Source of the DNA: Chthonomonadales bacterium
Lineage (GTDB): Bacteria; Armatimonadota; Chthonomonadetes; Chthonomonadales; CAJBBX01
Length of the DNA stretch: 64,000 nucleotides
NCBI GenBank assembly: GCA_049967475.1
Contig: JBMFSQ010000002.1
Location: forward strand, 224,001 to 288,000
Direction of reading: 5' to 3'
This document shows positions 47,812-57,797 of this stretch, in pieces (the stretch's first letter is position 1; every line of letters begins with the position of its first letter). The translations under genes were made by a program, and so were the position numbers. The notes below the pieces were generated by a model, which did not search any database, was not told the origin of the DNA, and saw only the letters and a list, made by a program, of their open reading frames with translations.

Positions 47812-49386
47812 CTATTCCCCAGGTACGCCCCTGGGATGAGCCTCAAAATAACCAACCAAGGCTTGGACCAAACCTGGAATGGTGTGTTCCCCGGCCTCGA
47901 CAGTCGGTTCCATCCCCAGTTCCCGCACGGTTGCCGACGTGATGGGCCCTATGGAGGCGATTACCACTCCCCGAGCGGCTTCCTGTGCTTTCTGCGGCCC
48001 CACGGCGGCAACAAAGTTGCGCACGGTGGACGAACTGGTGAACGTGATGGCGTGGATTTCGCCTTGTTGCAGCTCCTGGATGAGTTCTTGGGCGCCGGCT
48101 CCATCCATCACCGTGTCGTAGGCGGGCACGGCATCCACGGCGGCTCCCATAGCAGCAAGGCGCTCTACCAGCACATCGCGAGCTCCACGCGCACGCGGAA
48201 GCAATACCCGCTTGCCGGCCATATCGTGCTCGGGCCATTCATCGGCAACCGCTTCAGCCACGAACTGGGATGGAACGAAGTCGGCTCTTAGGCCCCACGC
48301 AGCCAAGGCTGCCGCAGTACCCGGCCCGATTGCAGCAAGTTTGGTCCCTCCGAAGGCCCGCGCATCGGCCCCCATCTGTTCGAGCCTCGTCCGCACGGCC
48401 GACACGCCGTTGGCGCTGGTGAATACGACCCATTGATAGCCGGCGTCGCCATGGGCGTGTCCCGGCAGTCGGCGGAGAGCCGCGTCCAGGTCGCTAAAAT
48501 CCGGGAGGGGCACTACCCGGATCAACGGAAACTCCAGCGCCTCGGCGCCCTGTTCTTCGAGGAGCGCCGAAAGACTGCTGGCCTGCTCACGTGCCCGTGT
48601 CACCACGATGCGTTTGCCGAACAAAGGCTTCGTGTCGAACCACCTCAAGGCAGCGCGCAACCCTACTACGGGTCCGACAATGGTAACGGCTGGGGGTCCG
48701 AAACCGGTTTTGCGCACATCGGCTTCTACTTGGCCGAGAGTGCTCTCGAGCACCTCCTGGCGCCTCCACGTACCCCACCGTATGAGCGCCACAGGCGTGT
48801 GGGCATCCTTCCCCGCCGCCAACAGCCGGCCCGCGATCGTAGCGAGGTTCTCCACACCCATCAGGAAGATCAGGGTGTCGGCGGCGTGGGCCAGATGCTC
48901 CCACCGGAGCCGGCTCTCGGTCTTGGACGGATCCTCGTGGCCCGTAGCCACCAAGAAACTCGACGCCGCTTCCCGATGCGTCACAGGGATGCCTGCGTAC
49001 GCGGGCGCCGCCACGGCGGAAGTAACTCCCGGCACGACTTCGAAGGGGATGGACGCAGCCACACACGCCTCGGCTTCCTCACCCCCACGCCCGAACACGA
49101 AGGGATCGCCCCCTTTGAGGCGGCATACGATCTTCCCCTCCTGTGCCTTCTGCACGATGAGGGCATTGATCTCCTCCTGGCGCAAAGTGTGGCGAGATGC
49201 CTCCTTGCCTACGTAGACCAATTCCGCATCGTGTGGGGCATGGCGCAGCAATTGCGGATGTACCAAACGGTCGTAGATCACAACATCCGCGCGCTTCAAC
49301 ACCTCGGCGCCTCGCACGGTAAGCAGCCCGGGATCCCCCGGCCCGGCCCCGACGAGATACACGGTTCCTGCGCCGCCGTCACTCAC
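47812..49386 (-). CDS. cobA: Fused uroporphyrinogen-III C-methyltransferase / uroporphyrinogen-III synthase (CobA-HemD)
   Basis: VYLVGAGPGDPGLLT, RLKGGDPFVFGRGGEE, VVPGVTS; then HemD motifs VVTRAREQA, FTSANGV, AIGPGT, FTSSSTV, IGPIT. Confidence 0.96.
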   Translation of the reverse strand: MSDGGAGTVYLVGAGPGDPGLLTVRGAEVLKRADVVIYDRLVHPQLLRHAPHDAELVYVGKEASRHTLRQEEINALIVQKAQEGKIVCRLKGGDPFVFGRGGEEAEACVAASIPFEVVPGVTSAVAAPAYAGIPVTHREAASSFLVATGHEDPSKTESRLRWEHLAHAADTLIFLMGVENLATIAGRLLAAGKDAHTPVALIRWGTWRRQEVLESTLGQVEADVRKTGFGPPAVTIVGPVVGLRAALRWFDTKPLFGKRIVVTRAREQASSLSALLEEQGAEALEFPLIRVVPLPDFSDLDAALRRLPGHAHGDAGYQWVVFTSANGVSAVRTRLEQMGADARAFGGTKLAAIGPGTAAALAAWGLRADFVPSQFVAEAVADEWPEHDMAGKRVLLPRARGARDVLVERLAAMGAAVDAVPAYDTVMDGAGAQELIQELQQGEIHAITFTSSSTVRNFVAAVGPQKAQEAARGVVIASIGPITSATVRELGMEPTVEAGEHTIPGLVQALVGYFEAHPRGVPGE

Positions 49387-50777
49387 CGAAGCGCCTCCAC
49401 CGGTCCCAACGTCTGGAGCGCCTCCCTCAACCTGGCGCCGTCACCCACCACCACAATTCGGAATTGTTGCGTGTTCATGTACCGCTGGGCCACGCGCTGC
49501 ACATCTGCTGCGGTCACGGCATCTATGCGGCTGCGATAGGCAGTAAGGTAATCCGCGGGAAGGCCGTAGATCTGCTGCGCCAAGAGGGCGTCGGCAAGAC
49601 CTGCCTGCGTGACCATTTGGAGCACAAATCTGCCCTTGATGTAATTTTGGACTGCACTGAGTTCCTGTTGGGTAACGGGTTCGGTGCGCAGTTTTTCGGT
49701 TTGGCGGATCATCTCCTCGATGGCGGGCACCGTCGCCTCTGTGCGCACCTGGGCAGCCTCGGTGAAGGCGCCTGCCAGGCGCTGGGGATTGACGCTGCTG
49801 TGGGCATCATATGCGTATCCGTCGCGTTCCCGCACGGTAAGGAACAGGCGCGAGGATGCGCTGCCGCCCAGGATGGCAGAGGCAACAGACAGGGCGTAAT
49901 AGTCGGGATCGTTGCGGCGGATCGCCCGGTTCCCCATGAGGATGTCCGCCTGCACCGACGCAGGGCGATCTACAAGAAGCACACGCCGCCCGGAAGCCGG
50001 TTCATCCGCCGGCGGCGCAGGCTGAGCGGGCGGAGAACCTGACCACGAGGCGAGAACCTGCCTAACCGCTTCGATTGTACGCTTGCCGTCTACGTCCCCT
50101 GCTACCACCAGCACCGAACCCGCAGGCGCATAGTGCGACCTCCAGAACGTCCGCAGGGCATCCGGTGTCAACGCCTGTACCGCGGCCGCCGAGGGAGCAG
50201 CTACCCCGTATGGATGATTGCCGTACAACATCCGGTCCATCTGTTCTTCTGCAAGAAACGAGGGATCCTGCCGCTGTATGGAGAGCCTCTGTATGGTGAG
50301 CCCCTTGTAGATGGAAAGTTCCTCTGCCGGAAAAGACGGATGAAGGAGCGCGTCAGCCAGAAGCTCGAGAAGCGGCCGGACGTTCTCCGACAGTGCGGAG
50401 GCCTGAACGGTTACGAAATCCGTCCCGGCGCGCGCTGAGAGAGAACCGCCGAGCTTTTCGGCCGCCTCTCTCAACCCACGACTGGTGTATTTGTCCGTTC
50501 CAGCGGTCAGTTGGTTGGCTACTGCAGCAGCCAACCCCGGTGAGGAGGCCGGATCATAAACGCTGCCAGCCGGAATTGCCAGCCTTACCGTAACGAGCGG
50601 GACACGGCGGCTCTGGGCCACCAGAACCTTCAATCCGTTGGGCAGGACCGACGTAAAGACGGGAGGCATCCGGAAGGGCCGCGCCGGAAGGTCTGCCGGA
50701 GGGGACGCCGGGAATTCCTGGGAAGCCCCAGGCATCGGCAGAAACAGCAAGAGCATCAGGGCGAAGGCGCTCCTCAT
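49383..50777 (-). CDS. M16B peptidase subunit lacking HxxEH (carries the R/Y pair)
   Basis: Signal peptide; LPNGLKV; no HxxEH; HPYG; ILGGSASSRLFLTVRERDGYAY; VTAADVQRVA. Confidence 0.9.
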   Translation of the reverse strand: MRSAFALMLLLFLPMPGASQEFPASPPADLPARPFRMPPVFTSVLPNGLKVLVAQSRRVPLVTVRLAIPAGSVYDPASSPGLAAAVANQLTAGTDKYTSRGLREAAEKLGGSLSARAGTDFVTVQASALSENVRPLLELLADALLHPSFPAEELSIYKGLTIQRLSIQRQDPSFLAEEQMDRMLYGNHPYGVAAPSAAAVQALTPDALRTFWRSHYAPAGSVLVVAGDVDGKRTIEAVRQVLASWSGSPPAQPAPPADEPASGRRVLLVDRPASVQADILMGNRAIRRNDPDYYALSVASAILGGSASSRLFLTVRERDGYAYDAHSSVNPQRLAGAFTEAAQVRTEATVPAIEEMIRQTEKLRTEPVTQQELSAVQNYIKGRFVLQMVTQAGLADALLAQQIYGLPADYLTAYRSRIDAVTAADVQRVAQRYMNTQQFRIVVVGDGARLREALQTLGPVEALR

Positions 50778-52174
50778 TCGTTGCCTCCTTTTTTGCCGGC
50801 TGCGGCACCGGGTTGGATCACCACCACCGTGCGATTGGTGTGCGTAAAGTACTTGCGTGCCACTGCCTGTATCTGTTGGGGCGTCACGGCCATGTAGCGA
50901 GCCATCTCGGTGTTGATAAGGTTCGGGTCATTCTGCAAAACCGTATAGTCGGCAATCTGAATGGCGCGCCCCAACATCGTTTCCAAACCGAAGATAGAGA
51001 AGGCCCGGTAGCGTGATGCCCGGAAGCGCGTCTTCACACGTTCCAATTCCTCAGGCGATGGCGGCTGCTTCTTGAGAGCATCAATTTGGGCGTAGATTGC
51101 CCGCTCCATCTGCTCCGGGGTCACTGTGGGACGGTACACTGCGAAGACGTCGAAAAGGCTGGGTCCCCTGTGCGAGTCCAACTCTCCTTCGATGCTCACC
51201 GCCATTTGCTTGCCCTTCACCAGCTCTTGGTAGGCCCGCGAAGTTTCGCCTCCGAACACGATCTCCGCCAACAAGTCCATTGCGTAGGTGTCTGGGTTGC
51301 TCAGCGATGGTCCATGCCATGCAATGGCCAGGGCGGGAAGGCGCGCTAGGGCGTCGGTTACTACGGTCCGCCGTTCGGCGGTCTGAGGCGGCTCGGACAC
51401 GTCGGTTCGGGCAGGCAGCGGACGGCGAGGGATGGATCCGAAAAGGTCCCTCGTGAGCTTCTGCACCTCGTTGAAGGACACGTCGCCCACGAGCACCAGA
51501 ACGGCATTGTTGGGCACGTAATAGGTGTGGAAGAAGGATTGCACGTCCTGCAAGCTCGCCGCATCGAGATCCTGCATCGAACCGATGGTGGTATGCTGGT
51601 TGGCGAAATTGGAGTAGGCCAGCCCTTGCAGTACCTCATCTCGGGCCACCACGTAGGGCTGGTTGTCGTACCGCAGGCGCTTCTCTTCCTTGACCACCTC
51701 CTGCTGGTTCTTCAGGTTCTCGGCGGTAACAGCCAGGGAGCGCATGCGGTCGGCCTCCAACCAAAGGACCAATGGGAGCTTCTCGCTCGGAAAGGTTTCT
51801 ATGTAGGTGGTGACTTCGTCCCGCGTAAAGCCATTGGACACGCCCCCGCTGCCTTCGATCAATTGGTCAAAATCACCGCGCGGAACATGCGCCGAACCTT
51901 GAAACATCATATGCTCGAACAGGTGGGCAAAGCCCGTGCGGCCCTTCACTTCATCCCGCGAGCCTACGTTATAGGCAAGCGCCAATCCCACAACTGGGGC
52001 GCTGTGATCTTCGGACACCACCACACGCAATCCGTTGGGCAACGTGAACTGGCGGATCGGATACTTCGGTTCACGCGGTGCTCCGGATGCGGCGATGCAG
52101 GCGCCAAAGATTGCCGTTGCCGCAAGAAGCCAATAGACAACCAAGGATAAACGACGGGAGTTTGAACCTCTCAT
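50774..52174 (-). CDS. M16B zinc peptidase, catalytic subunit
   Basis: Signal peptide; LPNGLRV; GFAHLFEHMMFQG; VVKEE; YYVPNNAVLVLVGD. Confidence 0.93.
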   Translation of the reverse strand: MRGSNSRRLSLVVYWLLAATAIFGACIAASGAPREPKYPIRQFTLPNGLRVVVSEDHSAPVVGLALAYNVGSRDEVKGRTGFAHLFEHMMFQGSAHVPRGDFDQLIEGSGGVSNGFTRDEVTTYIETFPSEKLPLVLWLEADRMRSLAVTAENLKNQQEVVKEEKRLRYDNQPYVVARDEVLQGLAYSNFANQHTTIGSMQDLDAASLQDVQSFFHTYYVPNNAVLVLVGDVSFNEVQKLTRDLFGSIPRRPLPARTDVSEPPQTAERRTVVTDALARLPALAIAWHGPSLSNPDTYAMDLLAEIVFGGETSRAYQELVKGKQMAVSIEGELDSHRGPSLFDVFAVYRPTVTPEQMERAIYAQIDALKKQPPSPEELERVKTRFRASRYRAFSIFGLETMLGRAIQIADYTVLQNDPNLINTEMARYMAVTPQQIQAVARKYFTHTNRTVVVIQPGAAAGKKGGNE

Positions 52175-53775
52175 TGCAATCCCCCTGCCTTCATAAGCGT
52201 GTCACGCTTCCAGTGCTCGTCATCGGTGGCTGGGTAATCGGTATTGTAATGCAAACCCCGGCTTTCCCGGCGGGTGAGGGCGCTCTGCACGATCAATGCG
52301 GCCACGTCAACCATATTCCTCAGCTCGTAGAGCTCCAAACAGGGCTCCGAATGGCGAACGAGATCTTCCGCATCTCTACGGACCTCGTGGATGGCGGCAA
52401 GAGCCGCATTCAACCCTTCGGTTGTTCTTACGATGCCCACATGCTCATCCATCACCGATTGCAGGCGGGATCGGGTCTTTTCCACAGCGTCCATCTGGCA
52501 ACGTTGAGCACCGTGGGGAGGGAGGCCGGGGGCGCCGAGCCCGGTTGGAAGCAGCACATCTTCTTCCAGGCACTTTCGGGCGGCGCGGTACCCAAACACC
52601 ATCGCCTCCAGCAGCGAGTTGGATGCCAACCTATTGGCTCCATGCACGCCCGTGCAAGCGACTTCGCCCGCTGCATACAGGCCGGGCAAATCGGTGCCTC
52701 CCCACAAATCTGTTCGGACACCACCGCACTGGTAATGGGCCGCAGGCACTACGGGGATCCACTCCCGCGTAATATCCAGCCCCAGCTCTAGGCACCTCTC
52801 ATAGATCGTTGGAAAGCGGCGCTTCACGAATTCAGCATCCAGATGTGTCACATCCAAAAAGACGCAAGGCTCCCCACGCTTGAGCCGCTCGGTGTGGATT
52901 GCCCGGGCCACGATGTCCCGCGGAGCCAAATCTGCCAACGCGTGATACCCTGCCATGAAGGGCGCGCCGTCTCGCGTCCGCAGGATGCCTCCCTCCCCGC
53001 GCACCGCCTCCGATATGAGGAAGGAACGGCCGCGAGGGTGGTAGAGAGCTGTGGGATGAAACTGAATGAACTCCATGTTGGCCACGGTAGCCCCGGCGCG
53101 GTAGGCCATCGCCACACCATCCCCGGTGGCAATGGCCGGGTTTGTCGTGTGCCGGTAGACTTGCCCGCAGCCTCCTGTGGCCAAAAGGACACAGCGCGCA
53201 CGGAACAGGTGGAATTCCCCGGAGCGCGTGTCCAGAGCGATTGCTCCGAAGCATCTGCGTTCACCGCCGGCATCGGCCAGCGCAAGATCTACCACAAAGT
53301 AGTGTTCCAGGATGCGCAGGTTCTCAAGGGAATGCGTTGCTTGCAAAAGGGTGCGTTCACACTCCCAGCCTGTACGATCCACCGCATGCACGATGCGATT
53401 GCGGCTGTGGCCTCCCTCACGCCCTAACTCCAATACCTCTCGGCCATCGGGGGTGCGGACTGTGCTGAAGCGAGCGCCCAAGGCGATAAGATCGTGGATG
53501 CGGTCGGGGCCTTCTGTTACCAGCACATGGACTGCGTCTTGGTGGCACAGACCGGCTCCAGCTACGAGGGTGTCTCGCTCATGGAGCGCAAATTCGTCTT
53601 CGGGCGACACGACGCCGGCGATACCGCCTTGCGCGTAATTGGAGTTGGATTCCGCGCGGTCCTTCTTGGTCAACACAATCACGCGGTGGTGACGCGCCAC
53701 GTTGAGGGCAAAGGTTAGGCCGGCCACGCCGCTCCCAATCACCAGGAAATCGGCATCTGTAGTAGGCACCATCAT
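52171..53775 (-). CDS. nadB: L-aspartate oxidase
   Basis: IGSGVAGL, SNYAQGGIA, REGGHS..RIVHA, EFIQFHPT, LISEAVRGEG, HYQCGG, GVHGANRLASNSLLE, RRESRGLH. Confidence 0.96.
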   Translation of the reverse strand: MMVPTTDADFLVIGSGVAGLTFALNVARHHRVIVLTKKDRAESNSNYAQGGIAGVVSPEDEFALHERDTLVAGAGLCHQDAVHVLVTEGPDRIHDLIALGARFSTVRTPDGREVLELGREGGHSRNRIVHAVDRTGWECERTLLQATHSLENLRILEHYFVVDLALADAGGERRCFGAIALDTRSGEFHLFRARCVLLATGGCGQVYRHTTNPAIATGDGVAMAYRAGATVANMEFIQFHPTALYHPRGRSFLISEAVRGEGGILRTRDGAPFMAGYHALADLAPRDIVARAIHTERLKRGEPCVFLDVTHLDAEFVKRRFPTIYERCLELGLDITREWIPVVPAAHYQCGGVRTDLWGGTDLPGLYAAGEVACTGVHGANRLASNSLLEAMVFGYRAARKCLEEDVLLPTGLGAPGLPPHGAQRCQMDAVEKTRSRLQSVMDEHVGIVRTTEGLNAALAAIHEVRRDAEDLVRHSEPCLELYELRNMVDVAALIVQSALTRRESRGLHYNTDYPATDDEHWKRDTLMKAGGLQ

Positions 53776-54725
53776 TCTGCAACCTCCCGGAGCCCGCTGC
53801 CCGTCCCATCGCTCGCCGCTGCCCTCAAGAGGCTTGCGCCGCCTTGCGCAAGGATCTCCTCGGCAGCGCGGGCGCCGATGGCCTCGGCATCGCAAGGCGC
53901 TCCCTTTACCTCGCTTCGCAGGATCACGGCGGCATCCGGAGCGATGAGAAGAGCCTTTAGCGTTAGCGCATCTCCATTCACCTGGGCAAAGGCTCCTGCA
54001 GGCACCGAACAGCCCCCACCCAGGGCACGTTGGAAGGCCCGCTCCGCAGAGGCGCACAGGAATGCGTCGGCATCGCTGAGGGGTTCCAGCACCCTCGAAA
54101 TATTGGGGCGATCCTCGCGGCACTCCAAACCCAAAAAGCCTTGACCTGGAGCGGGCACAAACAGATGCAACGGCAGCCTCTGGGAGATATTCTCACCCAA
54201 CCCCAATCGGTCCAGCCCGGCGCAGGCCACAAGCAAGCCGTCATATCGGCCTTCGTGAAGCTTTCTGAGGCGCGTGTCCAGATTGCCGCGAAGTTCCTCT
54301 ACACGCAGGTCCCCCCGACACGCCGTGAGCAGAGCTTTTCGCCGCACGCTGGAGGTGCCGATGCGGGCGCCATCCGGGAGCGTGTCCAGCGTGTACTTGT
54401 TCGCTACCAACGCATCTCGCGCGTCTGCGCGGGGAGGTATGGCGGCCAATACCAAGCCCTCCGGCAAATCACCCGGAAGATCCTTGAGGCTGTGGACTGC
54501 CACATCCACCGCATCGGCCAAGAGGGCGTCTTCGATCTCCTTGACGAACATGCCCTTGGTGCCCACCTTGGGAAGCGGTATGGTGTTGTGTACATCGCCC
54601 GAGGTGCGGATCGTAACGATCTCTGCGCGGAGGCCGGGATGCGCAGCTTCGAGCGCCTGCGCCACCCAACGGGCCTGGACCAGAGCAAGCTTACTGCTGC
54701 GCGTGCCGATGCGGATACTGTTCAC
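53772..54725 (-). CDS. hemC: Hydroxymethylbilane synthase (porphobilinogen deaminase)
   Basis: IRIGTRSSKLAL, KGMFVKEIE, AVHSLKD, GTSSVRR, RGNLDTRL, PAPGQG, GGCSVP. GTG start at 54725. Confidence 0.97.
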   Translation of the reverse strand: MNSIRIGTRSSKLALVQARWVAQALEAAHPGLRAEIVTIRTSGDVHNTIPLPKVGTKGMFVKEIEDALLADAVDVAVHSLKDLPGDLPEGLVLAAIPPRADARDALVANKYTLDTLPDGARIGTSSVRRKALLTACRGDLRVEELRGNLDTRLRKLHEGRYDGLLVACAGLDRLGLGENISQRLPLHLFVPAPGQGFLGLECREDRPNISRVLEPLSDADAFLCASAERAFQRALGGGCSVPAGAFAQVNGDALTLKALLIAPDAAVILRSEVKGAPCDAEAIGARAAEEILAQGGASLLRAAASDGTGSGLREVAE

Positions 54726-54789
54726 GGGATGCGCCTCTTGGGGGTATGGATGGGGGGTTCGTGTCGGCTGCAGTGCACAGGCTTCCTGT

Positions 54790-55599
54790 CTACGTAAAGC
54801 GATGCGTGCTCGTAGGCACAAAGAAAATGGCAGCAGCCGCGATCATCCCCAAGATCAACAGGCTGTTTACGCGGATGCCGCGCCAGCCGGCCACCCCGCG
54901 CGCCACAAGGTAGCACGTGTAGATGGCCCATACTACCATGGACACCAGCGTGTGGGGATCCAGGAGCCAGTTGCCGTGCAGACCGCCCAGAGCCGCTCTT
55001 ACGATGCCCAACAGCAGTCCCAATGTAAGCAGCGGCACCGCGAAAGCAACCAGATGGTACGCGATGGCATCCACTACTTCAAGCGGAGGCAGTCTTCGGA
55101 AGAGCGCCCTGCCGTTGGGGTGCTTCAACGCACCGTATTGCCACACATAGAATACCGCGCAGCATGCGGCAAGAGCAAAGAGCCCAAAGCTCACGAGGAC
55201 CATCAGAACATGGAAGTTGATGATGCGCGTGCGGACCAGTGGGGACGTGTAGTGTTCTGCCCGGGCATGGATGAGGGCGGCGAAGAGAAGCAGCGAGGTC
55301 ACCGGCGCTGCCAGCACGCCCAAAGTGGCGGTGTGCGCTGCGGCTTCCAGAGGCACATAAACGACTGCCGAAGCCCAGGCCAGCACGCTCAACGTACCGA
55401 AAGAGCTGGCGAAGGGGCCGTGGCGCGTTGCCAGACACTCGGCGCCGATGGCCGCGGTATGCACGCCAAGCCCCGCGAGAAAAAGCACCCTTGCAATCGT
55501 TCCATAGCCGCGCACACGCAGAGAAAAATCGGCGCCGTACAGAACTGCAGCCGCAGTATAGAGCAGTAACGCGCCGCCGCTAAGAAGCACCGTTATCAT
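54790..55599 (-). CDS. CcsA/HemX-like cytochrome c assembly-family membrane protein
   Basis: Multiple TM helices; conserved His in LGVHT and NFHV; LPPLE..D; LTLGLLLG; WLLDPH; C-terminal H. The usual position between hemA and hemC. Confidence 0.88.
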   Translation of the reverse strand: MITVLLSGGALLLYTAAAVLYGADFSLRVRGYGTIARVLFLAGLGVHTAAIGAECLATRHGPFASSFGTLSVLAWASAVVYVPLEAAAHTATLGVLAAPVTSLLLFAALIHARAEHYTSPLVRTRIINFHVLMVLVSFGLFALAACCAVFYVWQYGALKHPNGRALFRRLPPLEVVDAIAYHLVAFAVPLLTLGLLLGIVRAALGGLHGNWLLDPHTLVSMVVWAIYTCYLVARGVAGWRGIRVNSLLILGMIAAAAIFFVPTSTHRFT

Positions 55600-56933
55600 G
55601 GCTGCACAGTCTCCTGGTCCTGGGCAGCTTCGGTACCCGAGGGTGAATTGGGGCCGGAATGGCCGTTTCCAATTCCGAACAGATGCCGGGCGGCAGTCAG
55701 CAGGTCCATGGGGCCGCTGGGCTCCTGGCCCGCGGCGGCCGCCTTCAGGGCTCGGATAGGATCTCGAGCAATGCGCGTCAGCATGGAGCGCGTAGCAGCC
55801 TCGATGCGCTCCCATGCGTAATCCGGCAGATCTCCCAACTGGTTCCGGAGGCGAGCGAGTTCAGCCTGGCGTATCTGCTCGTGTTTGCGGTTGAGCTGTT
55901 CCAGAATGGGGGCCGATTCGAGGGATCGAACCCAGGCCATATACCGCTCTGCCTCTTCGGCTATGATCGCCTCTACGCGAGTGACCTCGGCAGCTCGTTC
56001 ACGCGCCATATCCGCTACTACGGCCTCCAGATCATCCAAATCGTAAAGGAAAACGTTCGGGAGGTCCGCCACGTCTGGAGCGATGTCCCTGGGCACCGCG
56101 ATGTCAATGAGAAAGAGTGGGCGGCCCCGCCGGCGGCGCAAAACAGGCGCCAAGGTGTCGCGCGTCACCACGTGGTGGGGAGCGGCCGTAGAACTGATTA
56201 CGATATCTGCGTGCACGAGGCGTTCGGGGAATTCGTCGTAACGGATGGCGGTGCCGCCCAGCTTAGCTGCCAGCGATTGAGCCTTGTCATGCGTGCGGTT
56301 TGCTACTAAAACCACACCTGCTCCGCCGGTCACCAAATGGCGCGCCGTGAGTTCACTCATCTTGCCTGCACCCAAGATGAGGATGGCAGCGTCCTGGAGT
56401 GAACCGAAGATGGACCGGGCTAGGTCCACCGCGGCATGACCCACAGAAAAGCCACCCCGCCCGATGTCCGTTTCCGTGCGAGCCCTTTTTCCTGCCGCAA
56501 TGGCGGCACGGAAGAGGCCGTTGAGCAAGGGGCCGATGGACCCCGCATCGGTTCCGGCAGCAAAGGCGTCACGGACCTGGCGTAGGATCTGCGGCTCGCC
56601 CAGCACAAGCGAGTCCAGCCCGGAAGCCACTCTCATCAAATGGACTGCCGCTTCTCCGTCCGCATACTGGTACAGGAATTCCTGGAACTCACTCACGGGG
56701 ACGGAATGGAATTGGGAAAGGAACTGGGCCAGCGCGTGACTGTCTGCTACAGACGAAACGGCAGAATAGAGCTCGCACCGGTTGCATGTAGAAAGGATGG
56801 CTGCCTCGTACACTCCGCTCTGGCGGCGGAGGGCAGCCAGGGCACTGCGGAGCCCGGTTTCGGGAAAGGCAAGGCGCTCCCGCACCTCGATCGGCGCCGT
56901 ATGGTGGTTCAGCCCAACCAGGACAAGATGCAC
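55596..56933 (-). CDS. hemA: Glutamyl-tRNA reductase
   Basis: GLNHHTAP..RE, LSTCNRCE, VASGLDSLVLGEPQI, GAGKM, ANRT, DIAVPRD. GTG start at 56933. Confidence 0.98.
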   Translation of the reverse strand: MHLVLVGLNHHTAPIEVRERLAFPETGLRSALAALRRQSGVYEAAILSTCNRCELYSAVSSVADSHALAQFLSQFHSVPVSEFQEFLYQYADGEAAVHLMRVASGLDSLVLGEPQILRQVRDAFAAGTDAGSIGPLLNGLFRAAIAAGKRARTETDIGRGGFSVGHAAVDLARSIFGSLQDAAILILGAGKMSELTARHLVTGGAGVVLVANRTHDKAQSLAAKLGGTAIRYDEFPERLVHADIVISSTAAPHHVVTRDTLAPVLRRRRGRPLFLIDIAVPRDIAPDVADLPNVFLYDLDDLEAVVADMARERAAEVTRVEAIIAEEAERYMAWVRSLESAPILEQLNRKHEQIRQAELARLRNQLGDLPDYAWERIEAATRSMLTRIARDPIRALKAAAAGQEPSGPMDLLTAARHLFGIGNGHSGPNSPSGTEAAQDQETVQP

Positions 56934-57553
56934 TTTCGCGCTCTTTCGCGGGCCTCCGGAACGCGGCCCAGCCGCACCAATTCCAGGATCTCCTGATCTG
57001 CTGCCAGTCGCCGAAGCACGTCCCTGCGCGTTGCGTCGGAAGCGGTGCAAGCCAACACCTCGCGGCGCATCTCTCCCAGCAACCGAACGTAATCGCCATA
57101 TTCCGGGCCGTAGCGTTCCCTTAATTCCCCGGCGATACGCGCTGCGAGGGCAGGGCTCTGGCCGCAGGTGGTCACTGCCAGGATCAGATCACCCCTCCTT
57201 ATTGTAGAGGGTACCACGAAATCCCCCATCTCCGCTTCGGATGCATCCCCGCAGGGCACACCCGCCCTCCGGGAAGCCTCGACGACACTGCGATTGACGG
57301 CTTCCCGGTCCGTGGCAGCAATCACCAGGATTGCATCCTCCGGAACGCTTCCATCGAAGGGCTTGCGTTCCACCACCAACTTTCCCTGTGCTCCCAACGC
57401 TTCCAGCTCGGGATGCAGCCGCGGCGCCACCACCACCACGCGGGCGCCGGCCTCCAGCAAAGATGCTGCTCGGCGCAGGGCTACGGATCCGCCGCCGACG
57501 ATCAGGCACGTACGCCCTTCCACATTCAATGCTATCGGGTAGTAGGCAGGCAT
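56909..57553 (-). CDS. sirC: Precorrin-2 dehydrogenase / sirohydrochlorin ferrochelatase (SirC/Met8p, CysG N-terminal type)
   Basis: YYPIALN..CLIVGGGSVALRR, IAATD, GDFVVPS..RRGDL, TCGQSPALA. Confidence 0.9.
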   Translation of the reverse strand: MPAYYPIALNVEGRTCLIVGGGSVALRRAASLLEAGARVVVVAPRLHPELEALGAQGKLVVERKPFDGSVPEDAILVIAATDREAVNRSVVEASRRAGVPCGDASEAEMGDFVVPSTIRRGDLILAVTTCGQSPALAARIAGELRERYGPEYGDYVRLLGEMRREVLACTASDATRRDVLRRLAADQEILELVRLGRVPEARERARKCILSWLG

Positions 57554-57797
57554 GGCTTCAACGTGATCCTGTTGCTGCTACCCTTCATCCGTGCTCGGCC
57601 GTCGGCTGGTACCGTGCCTGCGCGACACGGCATCCAACCATACGTGCTGCCCCGTATCCATCTTGAGAACGCCTCGCAAAGATAAGGGCGATCTGAGGGA
57701 AGCTGCCGCAAACGTCCATCGGCGGCTTCCACGAGCCCATGCGGAGTGAGGATGGCAAACACAACGGTGAAGGTTCGGGGACCCGGTTTGCACGTGG

